Source: an uncultured Candidatus Saccharibacteria bacterium | GTDB lineage: Bacteria > Patescibacteriota > Doudnabacteria > UBA920 | Reading direction: 5' to 3' | DNA: 64,000 bases | NCBI GenBank assembly: GCA_964483665.1 | Contig: CAZACP010000005.1 | Span: forward strand, 1,910-65,909 | In this document: piece by piece, positions 35,094-44,806 of the stretch | Layout: each line of letters opens with the position of its first letter | Numbering within the stretch: position 1 is the stretch's first letter | Notes under the pieces: generated by a model | Told to the model about the DNA's origin: nothing | Seen by the model: the letters and a program-made list of their open reading frames with translations, nothing else | Database searches by the model: none | Translations under genes and position numbers: made by a program

Positions 35094-36932
35094 CTATATT
35101 TCAATAATGACCGGCAAGACCATTGGGCGTCTTTCCGTTTTTTGGTAAAGGTATTCGCCGACTTCGTCGCGAATTACATTTCTAAGGTAAGCGTAATTAG
35201 GTTCTAATTTTTCTTTACCCTTAGTTTCCACCAACTTTCTTACTTCGTGTTTAACTTCCCTTATTAAGTCGTCATTTCCTTTCATGTAAATAAAGCCGCG
35301 GGAAATTATGTCGGGTTGGTTAACCAGCTTGCCGTCTCTTCGGTTTAAGGTAATTATAATCACAAACATACCGTCCTGCGCCATAACCTGGCGGTCTCTT
35401 ATAACCACTTCACCCACGTCGCCAACTCCCAGACCATCTATGAACACATAGCCGGAAGCTATTTTTTCGTCGGTAGTGGCTTTGGCTACGCGGTCACTGC
35501 CTACTTCCAGAATTTGGCCGTTGTCTAAAGTAAATATATTGTCGGCCGGAATGCCCATAGTTTTTGCCAATTCCGCGTGTGCCACTATCATATGGTGTTC
35601 GCCGTGGATGGGCATAAAGTATTTGGGCTTGGTCAAAGCTATCATTAGCTTTAACTCTTCCTGGTGCGCGTGGCCGGAAGTATGGATGTCTAAAGTTTTG
35701 TTGTAAATAACATGGCTGCCTAAGCGGGTCAGGTTAGAAAGCATTGCGGAAATAGCCCGTTCATTGCCCGGAATAGGGGAGGCGGAGACAATAGTGGTGT
35801 CGCCCTTTTTAATTTTCACGGTTTTGTGGTCGCCGCGCGCAATTCTGGCAAGTCCGGCCGCTTCTTCGCCTTGGGCGCCGGTAGTTAAAATAACTATTTG
35901 GTTGTCCGGGAATTTTTTAGACTGCTCGGACTTAATAATTATTTTTGGCTGGATTTTTAAGTAACCCAAAGACAAAGCAATTTCAATGTTATTGACCAAG
36001 CTTCTGCCGGTGACTATGACTTTTCTGTTGTATTTTGCGGCAGCGTCAAACACTTGCTGAATACGGGCGATGTTAGTAGAAAAGTTGGCAAAAATAATTC
36101 TACCTTTTATATCCGCAAAAGTTCGGTCTATAGTAATGCCAATCTCCCTTTCGCTAATACAGTAACCGGGCTTAACCGCGTTGGTGGAGTCGGACATTAA
36201 AAGCAATACGCCTTCTGCGCCGAATTTGGCAATTTTGTCGAATTCTGTCGGTTTGCCGTCGGCCGGAGTGTGGTCGAATTTCCAGTCAGTGGCATAAATA
36301 ATTTGCCCGACCGGAGTGGTAATGCATAAACCCATACCGTCCGGAATGCTGTGGTTAGTGCGGAAAAAGCGAATTTTAAAATTACCCAAAGGCAAAACAT
36401 CGTCTTTGGTTAAGACATTTATTTTGCTGCGGCCTAAAAGGCCAAATTCTTCCAAACGTTTTTTTATAAAGCCCGCAGTCAGCGCCATGGTATACACCGG
36501 AGGGTCGCCAAGCTTGGGTAGTATGTAAGGCACCGCGCCAATGTGGTCTAAGTGGCCGTGAGTAATAACTACGCCCCTTATGCGGCGCTTATTTTCTTCC
36601 AGCCACTTGGTGTCGGGAATAATATAGTCTATGCCCGGCATGGTGTCGTCCGGAAAAGCAAGACCCATATCTATGACTATAATGTCATCGCCAAATTCTA
36701 TGGCTGTCATATTTTCACCGACTTCTTCAACGCCACCCATTGGGATAATGCGTAAATTTTGTCTAGAAGCGGTGTATTTGCTGGTTTGGCCAAGGCCGGA
36801 AACCAAGCTGGTGGCCTTGTTAATAAGCATATCTAAACGGTCTGGTTTTTCACCTGTCTTGTTTGCAGGGGAAGAGGACGGAGTCGGCCGATTATGTTGG
36901 CCAAACCGCCTTGGATGTGTTTTTTTTATCAT
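35094..36932 (-). CDS. rnj: ribonuclease J (MBL-fold, beta-CASP) with ~60-aa low-complexity N-terminal extension
   Basis: HxHxDH motif VITHGHLDHIG, beta-CASP motifs, RNase J C-terminal domain. Confidence 0.8.
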   Translation of the reverse strand: MIKKTHPRRFGQHNRPTPSSSPANKTGEKPDRLDMLINKATSLVSGLGQTSKYTASRQNLRIIPMGGVEEVGENMTAIEFGDDIIVIDMGLAFPDDTMPGIDYIIPDTKWLEENKRRIRGVVITHGHLDHIGAVPYILPKLGDPPVYTMALTAGFIKKRLEEFGLLGRSKINVLTKDDVLPLGNFKIRFFRTNHSIPDGMGLCITTPVGQIIYATDWKFDHTPADGKPTEFDKIAKFGAEGVLLLMSDSTNAVKPGYCISEREIGITIDRTFADIKGRIIFANFSTNIARIQQVFDAAAKYNRKVIVTGRSLVNNIEIALSLGYLKIQPKIIIKSEQSKKFPDNQIVILTTGAQGEEAAGLARIARGDHKTVKIKKGDTTIVSASPIPGNERAISAMLSNLTRLGSHVIYNKTLDIHTSGHAHQEELKLMIALTKPKYFMPIHGEHHMIVAHAELAKTMGIPADNIFTLDNGQILEVGSDRVAKATTDEKIASGYVFIDGLGVGDVGEVVIRDRQVMAQDGMFVIIITLNRRDGKLVNQPDIISRGFIYMKGNDDLIREVKHEVRKLVETKGKEKLEPNYAYLRNVIRDEVGEYLYQKTERRPMVLPVIIEI

Positions 36933-37325
36933 AATAATAAAACAATAAAAATTTTCAGATCTATTGCGCTTAGATCTTAAATATTAAATCATCGGCAAGA
37001 AAAAACTTGTTGATGAATCTGAACTTAGTGGCTTATGCAGCCGGGCCAAACTCAGACTTGCTCGCAATTAGCAAACAATAGACCGCAGATACGCAGATCT
37101 AAACAGATCATGCAGATAAATACAAACTATGGTTTGGTAACTGACTTTGGTTTCAAATAAACTAACTAATTTAATACATTATAGCACAGCGGGTGTTGCT
37201 TGTCAACAAGTTTTTTATACAAAAGTCCTTAGGTAAATTACTGGTGCCGCTGAAGAGACCCCGGTACCAGTCACTACGACCCCTAAAGGGGGCGGTTCCG
37301 GTACGGGGCAGGTTTGAACTTAGAA

Positions 37326-37414
37326 TGGTGCTCGAGGTGGGACTTGAACCCACACGGGATTGCTCCCACACGTACCTGAAACGTGCGCGTATGCCAGTTC
37401 CGCCACTCGAGCGC
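37326..37414 (-). tRNA. tRNA-Leu (anticodon CAG), type II with long variable arm
   Basis: Minus-strand GCGCTCGAGTGGCGGAACTGGCA...TTTCAGG...GGGTTCAAGTCCCACCTCGAGCACCA; close to bacterial tRNA-Leu(CAG). Confidence 0.8.
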
Positions 37415-37567
37415 AATTAATGTTTTGTTTGTGTCTGCCAGCTTGCCCCGTAGCGTACCGAGTGCATCCGAGGGACTGCTACTGGGGTTTCGCCACCGCG
37501 GCATGAAGATAGTATAAAGTATTTATTATAAGGTATAAAGGTTTAACTATCTACACATCTGTGGATT

Positions 37568-39361
37568 CTATTTCCAGACTCTTTTAGTATTTATGTACCA
37601 GTTAGGCAGGTCGTAAAAACGGTAAGAGGTGTCGTTTAAACTTGTTAAATTTATATTTTGAACTTTTGAATTTATAAAATAAAAATACTGGTTTTGGTTG
37701 AGCAATATAACAGCATATTTGCCAGAAATGACTTTTCCTAATTCCGAATACTTTGCTAAACGGGCTTCTTGGTTAGTTGTGTTCCGTGCGTCTGTTAATA
37801 GCTTGTCTAAATTTCCGTCGGAAAGTCCGGTTAGGTTAAGACCCGGGTCTTTGCTTTGGCTGGAATGCCAAAAAAAGAACGGATCCGGATCTGCACCGAA
37901 TTTTTGTGAATAAATTAAAACTTGAAATTTACGGGGGCGTAAAGTTTCGTCCATTAACTGTTTGGAAGGTTTTATATCCACATTTATTTCTAAGCCAAGT
38001 TTTTCCCACTGGCTTTTTAAGTTTTGTGCTGTTTCTTTGGCAGAAACTGAATCGCTCGCGGTTATAGTAAGCCCGAGTTTTTGATCTTTTTTCTGCCGTA
38101 TGTTTTCTTGTCCTAATGTCCAACCGGCTTGGTCTAAAATTTTTGCGGCCTCAGGCATATTTGCCGTGTCCGAAATTACTTGCTTGGTTAAAGGGTCGAG
38201 CGGAAGCTGTCTTTCAGATAAATACACCTCGTCTATAATAGCCTGCTTATTGGTAGCTAAATTTAGGCTTTTACGAATAAATTCTTGCGAGGTCAAGCCT
38301 TCATTTAAATTAAAAAATGCGGTTTGATATTGGGGTAAGGGAAGTTTTATCAGCTTGTAATTAGAACTAATGTCGGAAAGGTCTTCTCCGGCAGCCGGTA
38401 AGGAGCCGGCTAAGTCTATTTCTTTTCCTCTTAAGCCGTTTATTATATCCTCAGCCGAATCGTAGAACTTTATATTGAAGGTTTCAATGTTTGGACGGCT
38501 TTTGTAGAAATCATTAAAACTTTTTAAAGTTATAGATTCAATTTTACCGTTGGGAAGCTTTTTTATTTGTGAAATGGCGTAAGGCCCGCTACCCACGGCT
38601 TCTAAATTGGTTTTGTTGAGCAAAAAACCGGAAGCATCAACTTTTTGCCAAATATTTTTCGGCAGAATGGGTAAAGTTAAATTAAAAATAAAAGGTCCGG
38701 AAATGTCTTTATTTATAAATTTGATCTGATTATCGGAAATTTTTTCAACTCTGGTGTTTAGCCAAAAACCGCGCAAAGGACTTTTAAACTCCGGGTTTTT
38801 TAAGGTTTCTACTGTAAAAATTATGTCTTCCACCGTTACCGGGGTATTATTATGCCAAACCGCGTTCTTTTTTAAGGTAATTATGTAGTTTTTTTGGTCA
38901 TCGGAAATTTCAGGCAAATTTTCGGCTAGATCCGGAATTAATTCGCCGTTTGGACCGTATTTATAAAGTCCTGAAAAAATTAATCTTGTTAAGCTTTGAT
39001 CGGTATCTGAAATTGCTAAGAGGGGATTTATGTATTGGGGTTGGCCCAGTAAACCTTCGGTCAACTGTCCGCCAAAAGCCGGAACTATTTTTGTATTACT
39101 AATGTAAAAATTTTTTTCTGACACAAGCAGGCTTATGAGCGCGGCCAAAGTTAGAGCCAAAAGCGCAATTTTTTCGTTTTTGCCCATTAATGAAAAAACT
39201 TTCCGAAGGTCGGAAAGATGGAAGTTTTTTAAGGCTTTAAAACCGCTAACAATTTGCCTTAAGCTTGATATTGGGTTGTGGGAATAACCGTTCATGTTCA
39301 CAGATACACAGATGCCGCAGGTTGCACAGATTCGGATTAAGTAAATCTTATTCAGAATCAA
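37568..39361 (-). CDS. ABC transporter substrate-binding protein, family 5 (peptide/nickel type), membrane-anchored
   Basis: Size and motif pattern of SBP_bac_5; N-terminal TM anchor. Confidence 0.55.
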   Translation of the reverse strand: MILNKIYLIRICATCGICVSVNMNGYSHNPISSLRQIVSGFKALKNFHLSDLRKVFSLMGKNEKIALLALTLAALISLLVSEKNFYISNTKIVPAFGGQLTEGLLGQPQYINPLLAISDTDQSLTRLIFSGLYKYGPNGELIPDLAENLPEISDDQKNYIITLKKNAVWHNNTPVTVEDIIFTVETLKNPEFKSPLRGFWLNTRVEKISDNQIKFINKDISGPFIFNLTLPILPKNIWQKVDASGFLLNKTNLEAVGSGPYAISQIKKLPNGKIESITLKSFNDFYKSRPNIETFNIKFYDSAEDIINGLRGKEIDLAGSLPAAGEDLSDISSNYKLIKLPLPQYQTAFFNLNEGLTSQEFIRKSLNLATNKQAIIDEVYLSERQLPLDPLTKQVISDTANMPEAAKILDQAGWTLGQENIRQKKDQKLGLTITASDSVSAKETAQNLKSQWEKLGLEINVDIKPSKQLMDETLRPRKFQVLIYSQKFGADPDPFFFWHSSQSKDPGLNLTGLSDGNLDKLLTDARNTTNQEARLAKYSELGKVISGKYAVILLNQNQYFYFINSKVQNINLTSLNDTSYRFYDLPNWYINTKRVWK

Positions 39362-39391
39362 GTTTTGTAGTAACCGGCGTCTATTTGGATA

Positions 39392-39610
39392 TCATTTTAG
39401 AAACAGGAAACCTATATTAATTACAACAAATAAAATACCAATTATTATTGTCGCGTAAAAAAGCCATTTATCAAAGCCTCGTCTGGTAGCTACTATGTTG
39501 CCTGCGCCCCCAAAAACATTGGACAAACCGGAAGATTTGTTCTGAAGGGAAATAACAATTATTAATATTACCATTACCAATATGTCAATAAATTGCAGTA
39601 TTTGGCGCAT
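39392..39610 (-). CDS. secG: preprotein translocase subunit SecG
   Basis: 72 aa, two TM, LQ..KSSGLSNVFGG....RRG motif. Confidence 0.7.
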   Translation of the reverse strand: MRQILQFIDILVMVILIIVISLQNKSSGLSNVFGGAGNIVATRRGFDKWLFYATIIIGILFVVINIGFLFLK

Positions 39611-39773
39611 ATTTTATATATTTTAACTTAACTCAACTGGCTTATTGTACAAAGTTTATAAGGCAAAGTCAAGAAGGGGGTTTGAACTGACAAAAATGAC
39701 AAAATCGAGGTAATTGACAAAATTATTTATGCATATTTGATGCCTAAATTATGATTATGTCAATTTTCATCAA

Positions 39774-41675
39774 CTATAATTTCAGCTTAATCATATTGGC
39801 TAGTTTTTTTCCAACCACTTTTTCCAATTCCTCAAAACTTGCTAGCTTAATAGTTGCGACTGTGCCGAATTTTTCTTTTAAGAGTTTTTTGGTTTTGGGT
39901 CCAATGCCTGAAATATCATCTAGCGCAGATTTTACCGCCTGCTTGCTCCTTAAGTTTCTGTGGAAAGTTATGCCAAAACGGTGGGCTTCGTCCCTAAGTC
40001 TTTGAAGTAGCTGCAAGGCCGGCTGGTCGTGGCCAAGTATAATTGGGTTTGGATTATTGGGGAGGAAAATTTCCTCAATCCTTTTAGCTAAACCAACGAC
40101 TGGAATTATGAATTTGGAATTATGAATTATGGATACGGCGACACTAAGTTGGCCTTTGCCGCCATCAATTACTATTAAATCCGGTAGTGGCCATTTATCT
40201 TTTTCCATAATTCCAGACTCCTGATTTGTAATTCTACTGAGTCTTCGACTTAACATTTCTCTCATCATGGCGAAATCGTCGGGGGTTTGCTGGCCGCGAA
40301 TTTTAAACTTGCGATACTGCGATTTTAAAGGCTTGCCGTCAACAAAAACCACCATGCTTCCAACCGGGTTGGTTCCTTGAGTGTTTGAAATATCGTAACA
40401 TTCTATTCTTTTTGGCACTTGAGGCAATTTTAAAACTTCTTTTAGCTGGTTAAGCGCGGAATTAATTTTGTCTATTTCGCCGGCTTTTTGAGAAAGGCTC
40501 TGTTTTAAATATTCACCCGCGTTTTGTTCAGCCATATTTAAGAGCCGTAAAGGCTCTTTTTGAGTGGCTTTTATTATGGAGGTTTTTTTGTGAAAGCGGT
40601 TTTTTAACAGCTGTTCTATAAGCGGCTTATTTTCAGGATTGTCTTTTACATAAATTTTGTCAGGCCTGTCAGAAGTTTCTATATAGTAGTCTTCTAAAAA
40701 TTTTTGCAGAATCTCATTCTTTCCGTAGGTATCTGTAGGCGCATTTATTTCTGTGGTTGTGTAGATAAAGTTTTCCTTGTCTATTAATTTTCCTCCGCGG
40801 ACTTTAAACAAATTAATGCAGGTATTTTCGTCTTGTGAAAACAGACCTATTAAGTCCCAATTAACTTTTTTTGGAATTATTACACTTTGTTTTTGTTCTA
40901 CCATTAAAAGGCCCCTAAGCTGGTTTCTTAAGCGCGCGGCTTTTTCAAAGAGCTTTTTGCTTGACGCAATTTTCATTTCTTTTTCTATGTCTTTTTTTAC
41001 GGTTTTAAAATCGCCCTTTAAAAACAGTTTAATTTTTTCTAAATGATCTTTATATTCATTAAGCGGCATAACGCCAATGCATACTCCCGGACAGCGGTGC
41101 AAATGATAGTAAAAACATGGATTGCTTGAAACCTTTGTGTTTGTGCAGTAGGGGAATATGTAGCGTATGGTTTTTAAAACTTCTCTGACTTTGTAGGCAG
41201 CGGTGTAAGGGCCGAAATAATCAGATTTTAGATTTAAGATTTTAGATTTTAGATTTGTTTCATCCCAAAAACGGCGTTTTTCAAAAGCTTGATCCGCGAT
41301 TTTTCGTGTAAGCAGAATTTGCGGTATTTCTGTTGTATAGTCAAAAGCTATAAAGGTGTAGCTTTTGTCGTCGCGCAAAAGAATATTGTATTTGGGCGTG
41401 TGTTTTTGTATTAAAGTGCGTTCTAAATAAAGGCTTTCAAGTTCATTTGAAACTAAAGTGTATTCTAAGTCCGTTGCCTCCTGCATTAAAAACGGGATTT
41501 GCGGACGGTCGTCGTGATTTTGAAAATACTGCTTAACGCGGGCTTTTAAGTTTTTAGCTTTGCCAATATAAAGAATCTTCCCTGTTTTGTCTTTATATAT
41601 ATAGACACCGGGAGTAATAGGAAGAGCAGATATTTTTGATTTTAGATATTGGGATATTGGTTCAGACATATACAA
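39774..41675 (-). CDS. uvrC: excinuclease ABC subunit C
   Basis: N-terminal GIY-YIG, UvrBC-interacting region, endonuclease V-like domain, C-terminal (HhH)2 ISGIGPKTKKLL. Confidence 0.9.
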   Translation of the reverse strand: MYMSEPISQYLKSKISALPITPGVYIYKDKTGKILYIGKAKNLKARVKQYFQNHDDRPQIPFLMQEATDLEYTLVSNELESLYLERTLIQKHTPKYNILLRDDKSYTFIAFDYTTEIPQILLTRKIADQAFEKRRFWDETNLKSKILNLKSDYFGPYTAAYKVREVLKTIRYIFPYCTNTKVSSNPCFYYHLHRCPGVCIGVMPLNEYKDHLEKIKLFLKGDFKTVKKDIEKEMKIASSKKLFEKAARLRNQLRGLLMVEQKQSVIIPKKVNWDLIGLFSQDENTCINLFKVRGGKLIDKENFIYTTTEINAPTDTYGKNEILQKFLEDYYIETSDRPDKIYVKDNPENKPLIEQLLKNRFHKKTSIIKATQKEPLRLLNMAEQNAGEYLKQSLSQKAGEIDKINSALNQLKEVLKLPQVPKRIECYDISNTQGTNPVGSMVVFVDGKPLKSQYRKFKIRGQQTPDDFAMMREMLSRRLSRITNQESGIMEKDKWPLPDLIVIDGGKGQLSVAVSIIHNSKFIIPVVGLAKRIEEIFLPNNPNPIILGHDQPALQLLQRLRDEAHRFGITFHRNLRSKQAVKSALDDISGIGPKTKKLLKEKFGTVATIKLASFEELEKVVGKKLANMIKLKL

Positions 41676-41863
41676 ATTATATCGGCTGTTTGAAAGAGTG
41701 TCTATTTAGCCTTAAAGACTTGTTAATTCTTGACTTCTATGGTAGAATTGCAACTAAGTTTGCAAATTTACGAAATACGAATCGGTACGAATATACTAAT
41801 GAGAATTCCAACGAGTCGTATATTAGTATCCGCCAGCTGGCGGAATTAGTATTTGGTAAAGTT

Positions 41864-44722
41864 ATGAATAATATTATTTCAATTCGCGGGGCGAGAATGC
41901 ACAACCTAAAAGGGGTTGATTTAGACATACCGCGCAATAAGTTAATAGTATTTACAGGTTTGTCCGGCTCGGGCAAATCTTCTTTGGCGTTTGATACTTT
42001 ATATGCCGAAGGACAGCGTCGTTATGTAGAAAGCTTATCGGCTTACGCCAGGCAGTTCATTGGCCTTATGGACAAGCCGGATGTAGATAAAATAGAGGGG
42101 CTTTCGCCAGCCATCTCAATCGATCAAAAAAGTGCAAGCCATAATCCTCGTTCTACTGTTGGGACAGTAACGGAAATTTATGATTATATGAGACTGCTTT
42201 GGGCGCGTGTGGGTGTGCCTCATTGTCCGGAGTGCGGAAAAAAAATTGAAGGCCAGACCATAAGAGCCATGACTGACCAGCTTTTAGCCTTGCCTCAGGG
42301 CACAAAACTTATGCTGCTTGCGCCATTGGTAAAAGACCAGAAAGGCGAGCATCGTCATGTTTTTGAGCACATTAAAAAAGCCGGTTTTGCCAGAGTCAGG
42401 TTAGATGGCACGGTTATGGATTTAAATGAAGCGCAAAATATAACTTTAGACAAACAAAAAAAACATTCCGTTGAAGTTGTGGTGGACAGGATAGTTGTAG
42501 AGGATTCGGAAAAAGGCAGAATAAGCGAAAGTTTGGAAAAAGCTCTGGATTTAGGCGACGGCATAGTCTATGCAGCAAGGATGGCCACGGAAAAAAATAC
42601 GGAAGATCACGGAAAGGATGTTATTTTGTCCCAACACTTTGCCTGTCCGGACGGCCACGTGCAGCTTTCCGAGCTTGACCCAAGAGACTTTTCTTTTAAC
42701 AGCCCGCACGGCGCTTGCGGCGAATGCAAAGGCCTTGGAACCAAGCTAACAGTTGAGCCGGATTTGGTTATTCCCAACCAAAAACTAACTCTAGCAGAAG
42801 GCGCAATTAGGCCTTGGAGCAAAACCGCTGCCAGGCAGGGCTGGTATTTTAATATGCTTTCGGCAGTCAGCAGGGAATATGGGTTTTCTTTAAATACGCC
42901 AGTTAAAGATTTGCCGAAAAAATTTATAGACGTAGTTTTGTACGGAACCGGCGAGAGAAAAATAAAAGTGGCGGGCGAATTTTCCAGCCGGGACGGCGGC
43001 TACGAAATGAATACGGTTTTTGAAGGGGTAATTCCAAACTTAGAACGGCGCTATAAAGAAACTGACTCCGACTATATTCGCGGAGAAATAGAAGCCTATA
43101 TGCGCGTTCGCAAATGCGATTCCTGCAAAGGCTTAAGGCTCAGGCGGGAAGTTTTAGGCGTCACTATTGCCAAAAAAAATATTGTGGAGGTTTCTGCTAT
43201 GACCATTGAGTCAGCGGAAAAGTACTTTAAAGATTTAAGCAAAACGCTTTCGCAAAAAGATTTAATTATTGGCAAGCAGGTTTTAAAAGAAATAAACGCG
43301 AGGCTTTCATTTTTATTAAATGTCGGTCTTTCGTATTTGTCACTCGATAGAACCGCCGACACGCTCTCCGGCGGGGAAGCCCAGCGTATCCGCTTGGCTA
43401 CCCAAATCGGCAGTGGCCTTACCGGTGTTTTGTATATTTTAGACGAGCCAAGTATTGGTTTACACCAGAGAGACAATGGACGTTTGTTAGAAACGCTTAA
43501 AAATCTGCGCGACTTGGGCAATACCGTAATTGTTGTTGAGCACGACGAAGAAACTATAAGAGAAGCCGATTGGGTGGTAGACATAGGTCCGGGCGCGGGC
43601 AAGCATGGGGGCGAAGTGGTGGGTGAAGGCACGCCTTCGCAAATTGAGAAAAATCAAAAAAGCATTACCGGGCATTATTTAAGCGGCAAAGAATTTATAG
43701 CCGTGCCAAAAAGGCGCAGAGCCGGCAACGGCAAGAAACTGCAAATTTTTGGCGCCAGTGAATTTAATTTGAGGGATTTAAACGTGGAAATTCCGCTGGC
43801 TAAATTTGTTTGTGTAACCGGCGTTTCCGGCAGCGGCAAATCTACCTTGTTTAATGACATTTTGGCCAGGGCGCTTTCCAAGTATTTTTATAACAGCAAG
43901 GAAGAGCCGGGCGCGCATAAAAAAATATTGGGTATGGACCATATAGACAAAGTTATAAATATTGACCAAAGCCCAATCGGCCGAACGCCCCGTTCTAACC
44001 CTTCTACTTACACCGGACTTTTTACGCCTATTCGCGAACTTTTCGCGGAAACTAAAGAAGCAAAAATGCGCGGCTATCAGGCCGGGCGCTTTAGCTTTAA
44101 CGTTAAGGGCGGCAGGTGCGAAAAGTGCGCGGGTGACGGCGTTATTCAAGTAGAAATGAATTTTTTGCCGGACGTATATATAACCTGCGAAGACTGCAAT
44201 GGCAAACGTTACAACAGGGAGGCTTTGGAAATTCATTACAAGGAAAAAACTATTTCCGATGTTTTGGAAATGACTGTAGACGAAGCCAAGCATTTTTTTG
44301 CCAGTATCCCAATTATTCACAAGAAATTGGAAACTTTAAGCGAGGTAGGCTTAGGATATATGCGGCTTGGCCAAAATGCCACAACTTTGTCCGGCGGTGA
44401 GGCGCAGCGCATAAAATTAGCAACCGAACTTTCAAGGGCTAGTACAGGCAGAACTTTGTATCTTTTAGACGAGCCAACAACAGGTTTACATTTTGCCGAT
44501 GTAAAGAGACTTATACATGTGTTGAATAAATTGGTAGAAAAGGGTAATAGCGTGGTAGTTATAGAACACAACTTAGATATGATTAAAACTGCTGACTGGC
44601 TTATAGATTTAGGCCCTGAAGGCGGGGACAAGGGCGGAATGCTGGTTGCGGCCGGCACGCCCGAAGACGTAGCCAAGGTAAAGAGCAGTTTTACCGGCCA
44701 ATATTTAAAGAAAATTTTGTAA
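41864..44722 (+). CDS. uvrA: excinuclease ABC subunit A
   Basis: Two ABC ATPase modules (GLSGSGKSS, GVSGSGKST), zinc fingers CPECG, CEKCAGDG; start set at MNNIISIRGA. Confidence 0.9.
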   Translation: MNNIISIRGARMHNLKGVDLDIPRNKLIVFTGLSGSGKSSLAFDTLYAEGQRRYVESLSAYARQFIGLMDKPDVDKIEGLSPAISIDQKSASHNPRSTVGTVTEIYDYMRLLWARVGVPHCPECGKKIEGQTIRAMTDQLLALPQGTKLMLLAPLVKDQKGEHRHVFEHIKKAGFARVRLDGTVMDLNEAQNITLDKQKKHSVEVVVDRIVVEDSEKGRISESLEKALDLGDGIVYAARMATEKNTEDHGKDVILSQHFACPDGHVQLSELDPRDFSFNSPHGACGECKGLGTKLTVEPDLVIPNQKLTLAEGAIRPWSKTAARQGWYFNMLSAVSREYGFSLNTPVKDLPKKFIDVVLYGTGERKIKVAGEFSSRDGGYEMNTVFEGVIPNLERRYKETDSDYIRGEIEAYMRVRKCDSCKGLRLRREVLGVTIAKKNIVEVSAMTIESAEKYFKDLSKTLSQKDLIIGKQVLKEINARLSFLLNVGLSYLSLDRTADTLSGGEAQRIRLATQIGSGLTGVLYILDEPSIGLHQRDNGRLLETLKNLRDLGNTVIVVEHDEETIREADWVVDIGPGAGKHGGEVVGEGTPSQIEKNQKSITGHYLSGKEFIAVPKRRRAGNGKKLQIFGASEFNLRDLNVEIPLAKFVCVTGVSGSGKSTLFNDILARALSKYFYNSKEEPGAHKKILGMDHIDKVINIDQSPIGRTPRSNPSTYTGLFTPIRELFAETKEAKMRGYQAGRFSFNVKGGRCEKCAGDGVIQVEMNFLPDVYITCEDCNGKRYNREALEIHYKEKTISDVLEMTVDEAKHFFASIPIIHKKLETLSEVGLGYMRLGQNATTLSGGEAQRIKLATELSRASTGRTLYLLDEPTTGLHFADVKRLIHVLNKLVEKGNSVVVIEHNLDMIKTADWLIDLGPEGGDKGGMLVAAGTPEDVAKVKSSFTGQYLKKIL

Positions 44723-44728
44723 AAACAT

Positions 44729-44765
44729 AAAAACCACCTTTCGACAGCCTCAGGGTGGTTTTTAT
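44729..44765 (+). terminator. rho-independent terminator
   Basis: AAACCACC...GGTGGTTT + TTTAT. Confidence 0.5.
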
Positions 44766-44806
44766 GTTATAATTAGTTTAAGTTTACACCTAAAAATAAA
44801 AAGTTT

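Noticed and set aside
37171-37504. ORFs 37171..37416, 37193..37420 and 37283..37504
   Set aside because: They overlap tRNA-Leu and its flanks, and a structural RNA explains the conservation.
41636-41863. 76-aa N-terminal extension of uvrA in the ORF track
   Set aside because: It would overlap the uvrC start and the shared divergent promoter. UvrA homology begins at MNNIISIRGARMHNLK.
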